From Mustelus asterias (taxonomy: Eukaryota): 64,000 nt of DNA. Below, piece after piece: positions 1-13,795 of the stretch; within the stretch, counting starts at the first letter, position 1, and the number at the start of each line of letters is the position of its first letter. A program made the translations under genes and the position numbers. Location: NCBI RefSeq assembly GCF_964213995.1, contig NC_135821.1, positions 73,036,001 to 73,100,000 of the forward strand, read 5' to 3'. Under the pieces are notes generated by a model. That model saw only the letters and a program-made list of their open reading frames with translations. It was not told the origin of the DNA and made no database searches.

Positions 1-1507
1 ATGCCAAACCTTTTAACTCTGGCAGTGAATTTACAGAAATCCGCAGCAAGGTCTTGGCAGACTCATTATGCAGAGGCTGAGTCTGGTATGATGGCAAAAC
101 AATCGCAAAGAAGGGCAGAGCAAGTAAAAGCCCGTGTAGCGAGATAGAATAATCTACTCTAAGGGTACAATTGAATTATAAAGGCAGGTTCAGGACTCCT
201 TATCTGGCCCAATGGGTCAAGGCATTACTCAATATGGTTCGAAGTTATATAGACCAGAACATTGTCAATTTGATGCCCAGTTGAGCTCAATTAGTAGAGT
301 GTAATTAACAGGTAATGTTACTGGACTAGCAATCCAGAGGCTTAGACTAAACCTCTGGATACAAGAGTTCAAATCTCACCAGGGCAGCTGGGGGAATTTT
401 AATCCAATTAATAGATTGATTCATAATTGTCCTCTGAAATGTCTCAACAAGGTAGTCAGTTGCATCAAACTGTTGGAGAAAAGAACAACAGTGGGTGAAC
501 CTATACCACATGGACTGCAGTTCAAGATGGCGGCTCACCACCTTCTCAAGGGCGTTTTGGGATGGGCACGAGCTATGTTCATATTCCAAGAACTAATTAA
601 TAATAAAGCTGATCCAAGTTCAGGCAGCATTTGGGTAATTAGAAATAACTTTGAAAATACAGCCAGTGCTCCTGCTCACACTTGCTACCCACCATTTGGG
701 CAAGGGACTTCATAGATAATGTAGACATTATCATAGGAAACAGGTCCTTTAGCCCAAATTCATGTGGTGTATATCCTGCACACAAGCAATAGTCTTAATC
801 CAACTGTTCCTCCTCTACTTCTATAACCTTATCTCCCTCCCTTTCCATCAACCAACCCTCCCTATTTCTTAAAAACCCAGAAAATGCTGGAAAAGCTCAG
901 CAGGTCTGGCAGCATCTGTGGAGAGAAAAACAGAGTTAATGTTTCAAATCCAACATGACTATTCTTTCGAACTCACATTTCTCAAATGTTGACATGACCG
1001 CAGCCTTAGGAACTTGGAAGAGCAATCAACACCTGGATAAAATGAAAGTTCCTCTCCCCGCCCAAGCGGGGAGATTCTTCATATTCTTCATCTATCCAAG
1101 CTATTCTGTCCTTCTCAACCACTGCAAAAGGTTAGTTTCTATCTACTTCAAGAATTAAGCATCTTTTTGGAATTTTAAAAACATCTATTAAATCACCACA
1201 CAATTTCCTCTTTTCCAGTGTTGAAAACTGTCCTCCAGTCAAGCATAATCATTATGTTTTTTTTCAGGAAAATGTAGCTCAAATGCACTACCTCACTATG
1301 CTGGCATTGAATTCCATCTGCCACAGTTGTCAAGAACTTTGGAACTGTACTCCAGCAGAGTAGAAGTCATGCAAAACCGGGAATTGGACAGAAGACTGGG
1401 ACAGGGATGTGAAGCACTTCAGTTCAGACCAATCAAAAATGAATTGATGAGTGTGTTAATTCTCCAACCTAAACTCTCAGCGCTGCAGATGATGGAGATA
1501 AACTGAC

Positions 1508-1781
1508 CTGTTGTTGCGAGCTGTAGTCAAACAGGCTCACAGCAGCTGTTGCAGAATCCATTTGCACCTGACTGTTGGAGTAATCAAATTGTAGAGAGTC
1601 CAGACCGACAGGTTCCATAGAATCCAAGGGCACATTCTGCGACTCAACACTGTTGAAGTCTTCTGTAGGTTTTACATTGTTGCTGTTGGCCAGCTGACCG
1701 AGGCCATCGGAATTGTTCTGGTTGGGTCCAAGAAGATCCACTACTTCGTTTGGGGAGGTCTGGCAGCTCCCGGGTGTACGG
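1508..1781 (-). CDS. PUM1: PUM1 exon 7 (274 nt)
   Basis: Encodes [23 protein letters not shown]...LQFDYS...[11 protein letters not shown]. Acceptor tttgtgcag|, donor CAG|gtcagt, phase 2-0. Confidence 0.96.
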
Positions 1782-2439
1782 CTGCACAAAGAAACATTAC
1801 ACGTCATTCTGAAACACGTCTCGTCACCATAAGACACATACTTAACAGAATCATACAAATTTACATCTGTCACCGGAGAAAAGGAAAATGCAATACAAAT
1901 GTGCGCTATCTGGAGTTTACATTAAAGGTTTTAAAATCAAGATTTTGCAGAAATTGATTGCTTAGCTGTGTTAAAAAGTCTGATTGACAAGTCAACTTGA
2001 GATTTTTAAAGATGAATGCCTTCCCCATGAATCAATAATCGAGTTCACTGTTGGCAAAGTCTAAAATCCTAAAGATAAAACTTTGCTAAACGAACAAAAG
2101 ATACATGGTTTAAGGAGACAAAATGCACTCTTATATAGTCGCTGAGCTATTTAACACGAATCAAAAAAGTTTCACAGTAAGCCATGTGCTGCTGACAAAG
2201 GGAAAACAGACCACAGAATGTTCCTTAAATGCAACATTATGTAAAATGTTTTAAGGAGGATCACATGCTTGAAATTACATAAAAATGCAAGTGTTCCCTG
2301 GTTGGATGTGGAGTACGAAAGGAAAAATGGCCAATTTTCTGTTTCTATCAACAAAACTGGAATGTGGCCACTTATTCCTCGAGATTTAATGGGATATAAA
2401 ATTAAAGAAATACAAATATATTAATCACTCGAAGTCGCA

Positions 2440-3260
2440 ACATTGGTATGGCCTTAACAAACAAACCCGAGTACAAACAAAATACTTGAGGTTCATTTCT
2501 AGAGGAATAGAATAGAAAAGTAGGGACAAGTGGTGCACCACAGGGGCATCAACTTTTTACAATTCATATTAATGATTAGGATGGAGGGACTGAAGGTATG
2601 GTTGCTAAATTTACAGACGACACAAAGATAGGTAGGGAAGTAAATTGCGAAGTAGACGCAAGGAGGCTACAAAGGGACAAGAAAGGTTAAGTGAGTGGAC
2701 AAAGAATGGAGTATAATATAAACAAATGTGAAATTGTGAGAACCCCATGTATTTACCCTAGTTAGTCCCTTTGACACTAAGGGACAATTTAGCACGATCA
2801 ACTTAACTCGCACATCTTTGGAGAGTGGGAGGAAACCGGAGCATCCGGAGGAAACCCACAGACACGGGGAGAATGTGCAAACTCCACAAGACAGTGACCC
2901 GAGGCCGGAATTGAACCCAGGCCCCTGGCGCTGAAGCAGCAGTGCTAACCACTGTGTCACCATGATTGTATTGAATGGCAGAGCAGGCTCATGGAACGGA
3001 ATTGCCTACTCCTGCTCCTAGTTCTTAGGTTGAGAGTCTCTGGAACTCTCTTTCTCAGAAGTCAGTGGGAGCAGAATCTTTGAATATTTTTAAGGCAGAG
3101 TTCAACAGATTCTGAACAAAGGGGTGAAAGGTTATTGGGGTAGGTGGGAATATGGGGTTGAGGTTACAATCAGATCAGCCATGATCTCACTGAATGCTGG
3201 AGCAGCAGACTCCAGGGACCAAGTCGCTTACTTCTGCGCCCAATCCTTATGTTCATATGA
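2440..3260 (+). mobile_element. Degraded CR1 fragments with nested V-SINE
   Basis: Contains KF.DDTK-like coding remnants and two CR1 3' tails. Confidence 0.7.
2741..2964 (-). mobile_element. tRNA-derived V-SINE (HE1-like)
   Basis: Has the tRNA-like head (tggttagcactgctg...ggttcaattcc) and the V-core gggtttcctccggRtgctccggtttcctccca. Confidence 0.88.
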
Positions 3261-3344
3261 CAATATTAAATTTATTGTTAGGCTCTGAAAATTCTGTTTG
3301 CAATTCTAATTTCCAGAAGCTAGGAATTCTGTGACAAATGACCA

Positions 3345-3873
3345 GCTTTCTGACTCCCAAAGCCTGTCCACCATCTACAAGGCTCAAGTCAGGAGCATGA
3401 TGGAATACTCACCACTTGCCTGGATGAGTACATCCCCAACAATACTCAAGCAGCTCAACAACATCCAAGCCAATGCAGCCCGCTTGACTGGCTTCCAATC
3501 CACCACCAGTATTCATTCCCTCTACCATTGGGACACAGTAACAGCAGTGTGTACCACCTACAGGATACACTGCAGCAACTCGCCATGGTTACTCTGACAG
3601 CAGCTTCAAAACCCACAATCTCAGTCAGCAAGAGCAACGGACACATGGGAACAACACCACATGCACTTTCTCCTCCAAGTCACACAACAGCTCGACTTGG
3701 AACTATGCCATTGCTCCCTCACTGTCACTGCGTTAAAGTTCTGGAACTTCTGCTCTACCTAATGGTTGTGGGTATACCTACACATGGATGACAGTGGCTT
3801 AAGCAGGCAGCTCACCACCATTCTCCTGAAAGCAATTAGAGATGCTGGTGTCCACATCCCACGAATGAATAAA
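3345..3873 (+). mobile_element. LINE 3' end (CR1/L2 group, YKAQVRS..EYSPLAW type)
   Basis: ORF 3331-3597 carries LINE ORF2 C-terminal motifs. The 3'UTR (gcagctcaccacc...gcaatta) recurs at ~490-600, 8550-8690, 32440-32570 and 35420-35545. Confidence 0.75.
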
Positions 3874-6109
3874 GACCACAGAAACAGCAGAGTAAGCTAA
3901 ACAGCCTTTCAAGGCTGTTCTGTCATTCAACGAGAGCACGGCTGATTTCTAACCTAAACCCACCTCAGCTCCAAATCCCTTTATACCTGCGGTTAGCAAA
4001 ATTCTATCAGTCTGAGATTTAAAATTATGAAGTGCACCATCTGCTGCTTTTTATGAGAGAAAAGTTCCACATTTTTACTACCCTTTAAGCGAATAAATGT
4101 TTCCTGACTTCTCCTGAATGACCTGCAGAGAGAGTCACTTATGAGACTACTGCATACACAGCAGTAATTGCGCACTTAATACCATTGTTTTATTTCTCTA
4201 CCCCTTTCCAAGAAAGTATTGCAGTGTAGGTGTGCACGAGGGTTCAGAAGACCTTAACTACTTAGCAGATATTACACAGCTTGCATCTCTTTACCTCCCC
4301 CTAACTTGAAAGGCCAATAATTCAGGAGTGAAATAAATCTTCCACGCTGGCTGATTAATCGCAACACTGTGCTGAAGAAATACATACTTGGATAAAAGGT
4401 TTTGTTTCGCAAGTGAACAAATTAATGAATGGAAAACTACTGAATTCAGCAAGCATCAACACTTTATTCATTTATGACACATTCCAACTTCCTGTTACTC
4501 TTGTTAATAACTTAATGACTTGCACCAGTGAGGTTTTGGTCTCATACAGGGATATCCATCTGAATGGAGCTCAGAATAAAATCAAAATATTTAGCAGCTG
4601 TCAAGATGACTATATCTAGGATATCCAGATCTATATCTGGAAGATTAGGCGGCAAAGACATGGAAAGGCAATGACTTCTTTTCACTTCGAGCCGATATCA
4701 GAATTTTTCCCAAAACAAAATATTATAGATATCTATACTGTTTTCTGTTCAAAAGCTTGCTTCATGCTCTGGAGCTGTTACAATGGCACATTCTGAACAT
4801 GTATTCTTCCACATAGAAACATGGAGACAGGCAATTCAACCCAACCAGTCCACACTGATTTAGTCACCACCTGAGCAGTAGCCCTAATACGAGGTGCCTA
4901 ACCTTTCCCCACATCCATTCATTCTGGACACCGATCACTGGGGAAAAAGGTGTTTTTACCTGCTCTCTGTCACCCCTCAGAATTTAAAAAATGTGTGTTG
5001 AATCATCCCATAATCTCCTCTGTTCAAATGGAACCAGTCCCATTTTTCCCAGGTCTTTGGTCACAGTTATTACATTTCTTCCTATCAGGTGTTAGCATCT
5101 AAGAGCATTCTGTTAACAGATATTTAATACCCAATAGTTTAAAGTAATAAAGTGAACAGGTGTTGAGTGTTGATGATTTGTACTCAATGTGTATATAAAG
5201 AGACAGCCAGCACTGGGTATCTGCTGTTATACAGAGTGGAGAAGTAAGCGCTGTGGCATGTAATAAAAGTAATCCACCCAAGCATCCTTGTCTCAGTGTC
5301 TTCTTCACAACCAGGCTTGGGAATTCTACTGAAACTAGGCAGCACACTAGTGAATCTGCCTTGGACTCGCTTGATTGCTTTACCATCTTTCCTGAGGAGT
5401 GCAGCAAAAAACTGCACAAAGGGCTCAAACTGTGGTCTCGGTCAAGTTCATATTTTATCTATTTTGCACAAGTGAACTTGATGTAACTGACAGTGGTTGT
5501 ATTTTTTTTTTAATGGAAAAAAGTTGTCACGGTTCAACCAGGCAAACACTGGTGTTGCAAAGAAGATCAGTGCTCTTTTCAAACCCCTGACTCACAAAGG
5601 CACTGGTTCTGGTCTAGCTGTCATTGCACCTTATGTCTATAGGATAAACTGCACTTTTTTCCCCCCTGCTGCTTTAGTGTATTTAAATAGCATACAATAT
5701 TATGTGACTGCTATTACATGTAACCATGTGTTGGTTTTCTTTTCCTTGGTCACATCCTCTATGTTGATGAAATTGTCAGTAGCACTTTCAAAGTTATGTT
5801 TTTGATTTTTGAAGGACAATTTTTTTTTGTTTGAGAGGTGGGAGAGACAAGACCTGGCCCCATTAACATTTATAAACATGCCAAGAAATTTTACTTTTTG
5901 CCACAATGGTGATGAACTGTGCAATTCGCAAAGTATGGAAAATTATTCATGTTCAGAATGTGCCGTTGTAACAGCTCCAGAGCATGAAGCAAATTCTGAT
6001 ATCGGTGCAAGTGAAAAAAGAGGTCATATCTCAGTGGGGCAAATATTCCACTTTTTATTTTAAACAAAAATTATGTGAAACAAGGATACTGTAACTTCTC
6101 ACTGCATAC

Positions 6110-6276
6110 CTGAAGTCCTTAACATCAGAATCTATGCCGTTTTGTACCACCAGGCCGTTTGTTTTATCAATCCCATCATCCTCCACTTCTTTCAGGTCTC
6201 CCATCTTATCTCCATCGAACGAAGATTTTCCTTTCTTGTCTCCCTTTTCATTATGAGCCTCAGCGTCTCCCGAACC
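6110..6276 (-). CDS. PUM1: PUM1 exon 6 (167 nt)
   Basis: Encodes [55 protein letters not shown]. Acceptor tttag|, donor AG|gtatgc, phase 0-2. Confidence 0.95.
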
Positions 6277-6949
6277 CTAAATGATATGGGCAAAGAGGAG
6301 GGTGTGGGAAGAGACAGGGAAAGCACCTTTATTAAAAGGTGAAGTGCCATACTATAAGAGTCACAGGTTTAAACAATGTTATTCCCTTAGCTGAATACGT
6401 GCACAGGTCATAGTATCATTATCATTCCTCTGAATGACGAGCCCCATAACACAAAGTTAAACAATATATTTTTGAAGGTATTGTAATTAATATTGATGCT
6501 GTCAAGAGGCTAAAAGTACAACCAAGAAAGAGCACTGGTTAAAACAAAGCTAAAAGTATGCAGAATAAACAGGGTTAGTGAATTAAATGAGTGAAAGAAT
6601 ATTGGCATCTCAGTGACAGAGTGAAAAGGGCTACTCTTTGCACATTAATTAGGTTTTTATTAAATGGATGATATGTTGTAGAAATCATCGACTTGGACAA
6701 GTGCCCAAATAGTTCAGAGTTTCTCCATTCAGTTGTCAAGCCAGTCAGGCAAGGAAGGTTTAAGATTGTCTTAACTTGGGTGAAAGAGCCCCGAGTTGGA
6801 CCTTGAACCAGGGAATCATCTTGTGTTCCCATTCCTACCTGTTAATTGGCAACCTGCATTAGATATGTATGAATGCATGTGATGGACATCATGCAAGGGC
6901 AAAGCTACACATGGCTGCAATTCTCTCAGTGGTAAATATGTTCCCAATG

Positions 6950-7225
6950 GCGGGGGAGTCATGGTTTGAAGGTAAGAGGTAAGTCTTTTGTGACTGAGGT
7001 GATGCGTAAAGTCTTCGCCCAGAGAGCGGTGAATCTGCAGGATTCACTACCACAGAAAGTGGTTGAGGCCAAAACGTTGTGTGATTTCAAGAAGAAATTA
7101 GATGTAGCTCTAATCTGCTTTAATTGTAACATCCAATCAGGACACTGAATTTGATCAACCATGATAATCAAAATGAATGGGAGAGAATGCTCAAAGGGCC
7201 GAATGGCCTATTCCTCCTTCTGTTT
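6950..7225 (+). mobile_element. CR1 3' end fragment
   Basis: Encodes FAQRAVNLQDSLPQKVVEA, followed by a CR1 3'UTR. Confidence 0.75.
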
Positions 7226-7629
7226 CCAAAATAGCCTGACAACATTTGTTGTCAGTGTTCACATATGAACAATGGTCACTTGAGTGCCCATGAAAATATA
7301 ATTTAGCAGTCAGCCAAGATTTGCCAGGGGTGGGGCGCTGTACCTAGGATTATATGCAGAGTCTCAATTACATATACTTGAACTACAGGCATCACTTACA
7401 TTTTGCAGAATAGCATCACAGTCTGCCCTTTCAAACTTGGGTTGTACTTAGAGACCAATTTGAACTGTATAACACCAGGATGAAGTACTAATGATAGTGC
7501 TGGGATCAATTCGAGATAATGAAAAACCACATTGTACAACATTAAAGTTACTGGTTAAGTGTGTGGTTTTTCCTCCATCCATGGTTACAGTGTCGGTATT
7601 TTTGCAAAGCAAATGCTTCCAATACTTAC

Positions 7630-7817
7630 AAATGGTCCTTTCCTGAGGCAGGACTCCAGTTTTTCCCCAGGGGAAGAGCTCAGCACATACTCCACCATGC
7701 TGACACCCAGCCCTCCACTTTCAGACCGTGGAGAGAGGACAGAGTTGACCTCATTACTGCCATGAAAGCCTTGACCAGGACGTCTCTGCACCATGATTGG
7801 CTGCGACACAGAGTGAT
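7630..7817 (-). CDS. PUM1: PUM1 exon 5 (188 nt)
   Basis: Encodes [63 protein letters not shown], including the conserved Pumilio motif. Acceptor ctctctcag|, donor |gtaagt, phase 1-0. Confidence 0.97.
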
Positions 7818-10800
7818 CTGAGAGAGGGAGGGACAGCGAATTAAAGAGGCATTCGTTTCCTGTTACTAAAATAACACATCGCATACCAGATAAGCTGACA
7901 CGGAACTAAGGACATTTTGGAGCATCACACAGCCCAGTTACAATTTATTAAAAGACAGCTGCACAGATGGTAACATCTGCCCATGTGCATCAAAATGTAA
8001 CTAGTTTTCCTTAAATAGTAAATCACAATACTGGATGCCAGTTGTCCCAGACAACAACATTCCCTGGTACTGCACTTCTATTTAATATGGCACACTTTCT
8101 TCAAAACTAATTCCAAAATAGCATTTTCAAATCAATTCGTGTTTTATATTCAATCCTTTCCAAATCCCAGTATTGAGAGCTAACAGCAAATAGATTATAC
8201 GTATAGTTGGTTGCTTGCACACACACTAGGAGGTTTGCTTGTGCTATTTTGAGGCAGTCTCACATACTGAGACTCTCCTGAAAATAGCAATAGCACAGAT
8301 AGATAGAATACTCTAGATATGATAGGTCACCCTAAAGCAGAGTCTTTCTGTAAATGTATGCCACAAGATCAAGATCAGAGCAGTGCCTGGGGCCAACTTA
8401 AAAACTGATCTTCAACATTTAATGAAATTGGTAACACTAGTAAATTGCTTGGCTCTCTCCCATCCACAACATGTGCATAAAATATGCACTAGCGGTTTGA
8501 CACCGTATTCATTTCACTGAATTTATGAGGAAGAGATAAGGAATTCTCCTTTCCAAACAGCACCTGTGGGCGTACCTGCACCAGACAGATTGCAATATTT
8601 CAAATGGATGACACACCCCCACCTTCGAGGGCAATTGGAGGTGAGTAACCAATGCTGGCCTTGCCAGTGACGCTTACATCCCAGGAAAACAAAACGTTGG
8701 GTTCATTTACTTTGGAAAATAAGGCATTTGCAAAGTGAACATTGGAACAGGAGTAGGGTCATTTAGCCCTCAAACCTGTTCTACTATTTAATGAGATCAC
8801 GGCTGATGTGCAGCCTAACTCCACATGCACACCTCTGCTCCATTTCCCTTAACAGCTTTGGCTAACAAATTCACATTTAAAACTAACAATTCATTTGGCA
8901 TCAATTTGCAAAAAGAAAATTCAAAACTTCTACTCTCTGTAGAAGTGTTTCCCAATTTCATTCTGAAAAATCTGGCTCTAACTTTCGCATAATGCCCAGA
9001 GTTGCAGACTCCCCAACCAGCATAAATAGTTATCGACCCTATATGCGCCCCATAACATCTTATAAACTTTGATCAAACTGCCCTATAATGCCAGGAAAGA
9101 GATCGCTAGTTTGTTTAATCTCGCCTTGTTTATTATTTTATTTATTTGTGTCACAAGTAGGCTTACATGAACACTACAATGAAGTTACTGTGAATATAAT
9201 TTACCCTCGAAGTCCAGGTATCATTCTGGCGGACTCCCTCCCTCCAATATATTCTTCTCAAGCTGTGATGCTCAGGCCTCTGCACAGCACTTCAGGTGTG
9301 GTCTAACTAGCATTTTATGCAGTTGAAACATGACTTTGTATTTCAGAGAGAAAGGATTGTGTACCTAGGCCCACAAGTCTCTCTAGCTCTCCGCTGTTTC
9401 TAGTTTTTTTTAACATTTAGATAGATCCTTGTTTTATCCTTTTAGATTCAAATTTCAATGACTTTACATTTGCTACATTAAAATCGATGGACCACAGTTT
9501 GGCCCATTTACTTAGTCTATCACCATGTCTTTAACTGCATGCTCCCATTTACACTGCTTACCACTCTCGCTGTGTCATCAACAAATTTGCACATGTGGTT
9601 TTCTATACCATCATCAAGATCATTAATTAAAGGCCCCGACACAGGTCCTTGCGGAACACCTCGAATTACATGCGCAAATGGGCACGTTTCCATTATCCCT
9701 ACTCTATCTCTCTACTGATTGGTGGGCTAAAGCCAAGAGGAGGGGCCAGACAGCAGTTTCTCATCTGAGCAATAGACATATGCAGTAAGTGACTGTGAAA
9801 GCCACCAAAACATAAACAGGCTCAACAGACAATTACGAGCGGCAGTTTGTAATATCTAAACATTATCATAAAACATTTCACAGCCAATCAATTACTTCTG
9901 CAATAATACCAATGTTGCAATGTGGGCAAAGATGGCAGTTCTTCCTGGAATGAGTTATCTGATCCATGAATATATGTTTTGGTGGTGTTAGCTGAGATGG
10001 TTATGTTGGTTATGACATCAAGATCCTTGCCCTTCCCTTTTTCAAAGAGTACCATGGGGAGCTTAAACTTGACTTAAACAGGCATAGGGCACTTTGGCTT
10101 AACATACCTTCTTCATCAAACAGCACTTGCTCAGTACTGCACAAAAGGGTCAAAATTATACCATGCACTCAGATTCTGGACTGACTTGAACATACAAGCT
10201 TCTGACTCAGGCACCACTACTGAGCAAAACTGACATGAAGAACATGTTATGCTGAGGAGTTCTATTGGTCTTTTCCACATCCTAAAAATTCTTGGTCTAA
10301 ATTTTAAAAATACAGTTTCAAGTGCCTGAACTATAACGATCTGGTAACCCAGCATTACATTGGAGAAAAACGGCATTAAAACCAACACTATGCAAAGTCA
10401 CCCTCAAAAAAAGCAACAAAAAACAGCATTATCTTGTAAATTGATGCTTTCTCATTTATCCCGTATTATAAATCATCCAACTACATCATAAAACATTTCA
10501 ATTTTTAAGAGCTGTGGCTTAATCAAATTTTGCTTTTCAGATTCCATAAAATTCAAAGTTAAATCAAGGTGTTGAACCAGCCTGGAGGTCAGCAATCCTC
10601 AATCAGACCCAATCTAACTATCGTTTTCGCTTAAAATGCAGACAGTATTCTGCACCACAAGGTTCGCTAAATGATGAGCCACATTTTTTTTCCTATGCAC
10701 TCAGACGTGCATACATAGATAGTTATTCAAGCAATGATGGCGCAATTTTAAGAAGCATGGTAATCTGTGGACAGCAACATGAAGGAAGAGCATTCAACGT

Positions 10801-11125
10801 CAGCTCTTGGTAGAGTTCCCATTATATTTTCAGAAAAGCCAGCAGAAGATTATTAACTCAGAATCAGAGTACACCAGAACAAGCAGGGAATCATCACCGA
10901 GCAGCCAGTGGTTTAAATGAGTTTGTTCATCAAACACAACCTTTGCTGGAGGTGATCCAACATGCATTCTGCTAGACATACCATCTTGAAACTATAGCAT
11001 CATTTTCCAATAACTCTTAACAATCTTGGTAGATAAGGAAAGATTTGGGTCACTTAAGCATTCAGTCTACAGAGTGGGGGAAAGGTTGGGAGGGGGGACA
11101 GTAACTCATTAAGATGTACAAAGTA

Positions 11126-11422
11126 TTAAAGTTAAAGTTTATTTATTAGTCACAAGTAAGGCTTACATTAACACTGCAATGAAGTGACTGTGAAATTCTC
11201 CTAGTCGCCACAGTCCGGCGCCTGTTCGGCTCAACGCACCTAACCAGCATGTCTTTCAGAATGTGGGAGGAAGCCGGAGCATCAGGAGGAAACCCACGCA
11301 GACACGGGGAGAATGTGCAGATTCTGCACAGATTCTGCACAGACAGTGACCCGAGCCGGGAATTGAACCCGGGTCCCTGGCACTGTGAAGCAGCAGTGCT
11401 AACCACTGTGCTACCGTGCCGC
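11126..11422 (-). mobile_element. V-SINE, alternative-tail subfamily
   Basis: V-SINE head and core, with the tail ...ttacttgtgactaataaataaac. Confidence 0.88.
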
Positions 11423-11942
11423 TTAGTATATTGCTTCAGTTTCATTCAGGCTGCGAGGACAAGAGGCCTGAAATTGAGTGTGAAAAATAAATGTAAAACC
11501 GAACTTAAAATTTCCTCACACAGAAAGACAATGAATTATCGACCAAGAACTTTAAAGGAGTCTCAAGATGTTAGATGAGACATTTTGAACATTAGAGATA
11601 AGCATGATGGACTTTTCCGTTTGTATGAACAAGAATCTTGGGGGCAGAAAAGAGTCAAGTACAGCTTCATCTCTGATAAAAACTTGTCATTTTAAAGTGG
11701 TTCATTTAGTTCTCCCACATGTTGAATATATTTGTTAGAATTCGCAACATGATCCAACTGAATGGCATTTCAAGAGGACCTGTCAGTAAATCTACACACT
11801 GAGCACCAGGGTGCTTTAAAAAGCATCTGTATCCAGAAGCACACCAGAATGGATGGTTAATATTAATTCAATTTACTTTGATATTGATCCTTGACAATTA
11901 AAAAATATTAACCTAAGTTTGCTTTTCACTAAAACTCCTTAC

Positions 11943-12051
11943 CTGAAGCTCCCCAAGCACTGTCCCGCCACTGATCCCCAAGAAATATCCCTTTAGGTCC
12001 ATCCTTGTTCGTATCATCGGACTCCCAGAATTTCTTACCAGGCAGAAGCTG
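11943..12051 (-). CDS. PUM1: PUM1 exon 4 (109 nt)
   Basis: Encodes [36 protein letters not shown]. Acceptor cgcag|CAG, donor CAG|gtaagg, phase 0-1. Confidence 0.96.
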
Positions 12052-13244
12052 CTGCGTATAAAGAAGAAAGATTTTTTAGAAGAGAATAAAAACCAAAAGC
12101 ATATGACAAAATATAACTGAAAAGGAACTTATTTATGTTGCTACATAACACTGCATGACCCAATACCTGTTAACACACATCAACAACAGGACCATTGGAA
12201 AACAGCTTAAGATTGCAACAAAAACTATTACTCCATCTTTGTGAATAGACTGTGGGTTTATCTGGTACTTGCTCGTAGAATATTCTTCTGCTAAGTATCT
12301 CAAAATGTCCTAATCTCAATGCAGCTGCACTTTCCGCCACCTCCCTCATACTCCCATTGATCTCCAGCCCAGCGTGTATCAGACGCCCGAGCATCTCTTT
12401 GGCAGCAGGCACACGGTTCCTCACCGCAGCCAGGAGTCACGGATCTGGGACAACCAATGCAAGGTCAGGAATGCCCAATGCAACCCAAAGTAGAATCTGA
12501 TACCTGAATGAAACAACAATATTGACTTGGAACTGCAGCTGGAACAGGCAATGAGCCAACTTAATTTTACAAACTGGTATGTTTACGGACCTGCGATTTT
12601 AGAAAAAGCAGCCAGAATTTTCCACTGGCCCAGCTCATCAAAAATCTTAAAAGGAAAAACAAAGATGTCACAGACTAATTCCCAACTAATGAAAGACTAG
12701 CAATCAGTTCGTTGAAAAAAGCCACACAGATGAAAAGGTTCCAGGTTCAAATCGGAATTGGTGTTGGGTTGTCCATCTTCGATACCATTGGGGGAGGGGT
12801 GGTTACTGCAACAGTCATGGAGACAATTGTGATAAGAATACATACTTCACGTAGCCTTCCTCACTCAAAGAAAGGAATGGCTGCAAACAATGGGAAATTT
12901 CAAGACCGAGCAGCAGTATTACTCCAGTAATTTTAATAGTGCTACACCTTTCTTGGGTACATGGGCAACTGGTGCTGAGAAGATGGAGAGACAAGACATT
13001 TAAATATAGCACATGGACAGGCAGAAGGCAGATGAGGAGGAGTGGGAATCCCTAAGGTTTGTGTCAATCTTATGCCGTTCTCCATTAGACAAATACACAA
13101 GCACAGAAATGTCTTCGAGACCGTGACTCTAGGCAAACTCCTCCCCTCCTCCAAACTGACCCCCGAATAGCAATATGAATGTACCGACACCACGTGGATT
13201 GCTGTGCTTCAAGGCAGCAGCTCAAAACCACCTTTTCAAGAGCT

Positions 13245-13795
13245 ATATAAGACCCTCATCAGACCCCACTTGGGAGTACTGTGCTCAGTTCTGGTCACCT
13301 CACTATAGGAAGGATGTGGAAAAGATTGAAGGGGTGCAGAGGAGATTTACAAGGATGTTGCCTGGATTGAGTGGCATGCCTTATGAGGATAGGCTGAGGG
13401 AGCTCGGTCTTTTCTCCTTGGAGAGACGAAGGATGAGAGGAGGCCTAATAGAGGTGTATAAGATGTTGAGAGGCATAGATCGGGTGGACTCTCAGAGGCT
13501 TTTTCCCAGGGTGGAAATGTCTGCTACGAGAGGACACAGGTTTAAGGTGCTGGGGGGTAGGTACAGGGGAGATGTTAGGGGGAAGTTTTTCACGCAGAGG
13601 GTGGTGGACGAGTGGAATCGGCTGCTGTCAGTGGTGGTGGAGGCGAACTCAATAGGGTCTTTTAAGAGACTCCTGGATGAGTACATGGAGCTTAATAGGA
13701 TGGAGGGTTATAGGTAGGTCTAGAAGGTAGGGATGTGTTCGGCACAACTTGTGGGCCGAAGGGCCTGTTTGTGCTGTAGTTTTTCTATGTTCTAA
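13245..13795 (+). mobile_element. CR1 LINE 3' fragment
   Basis: Encodes EYCAQFWSPHYRKD...LERRRMRGGLIEVYK...WNRL and ends in a ttctatgttcta tail. Confidence 0.92.

Noticed and set aside
5905-6000. C/D-box-like GTGATGA...CTGA (PUM1 hosts snoRNAs in mammals)
   Set aside because: It is antisense to the host gene, and I could not identify a terminal stem or guide sequence.
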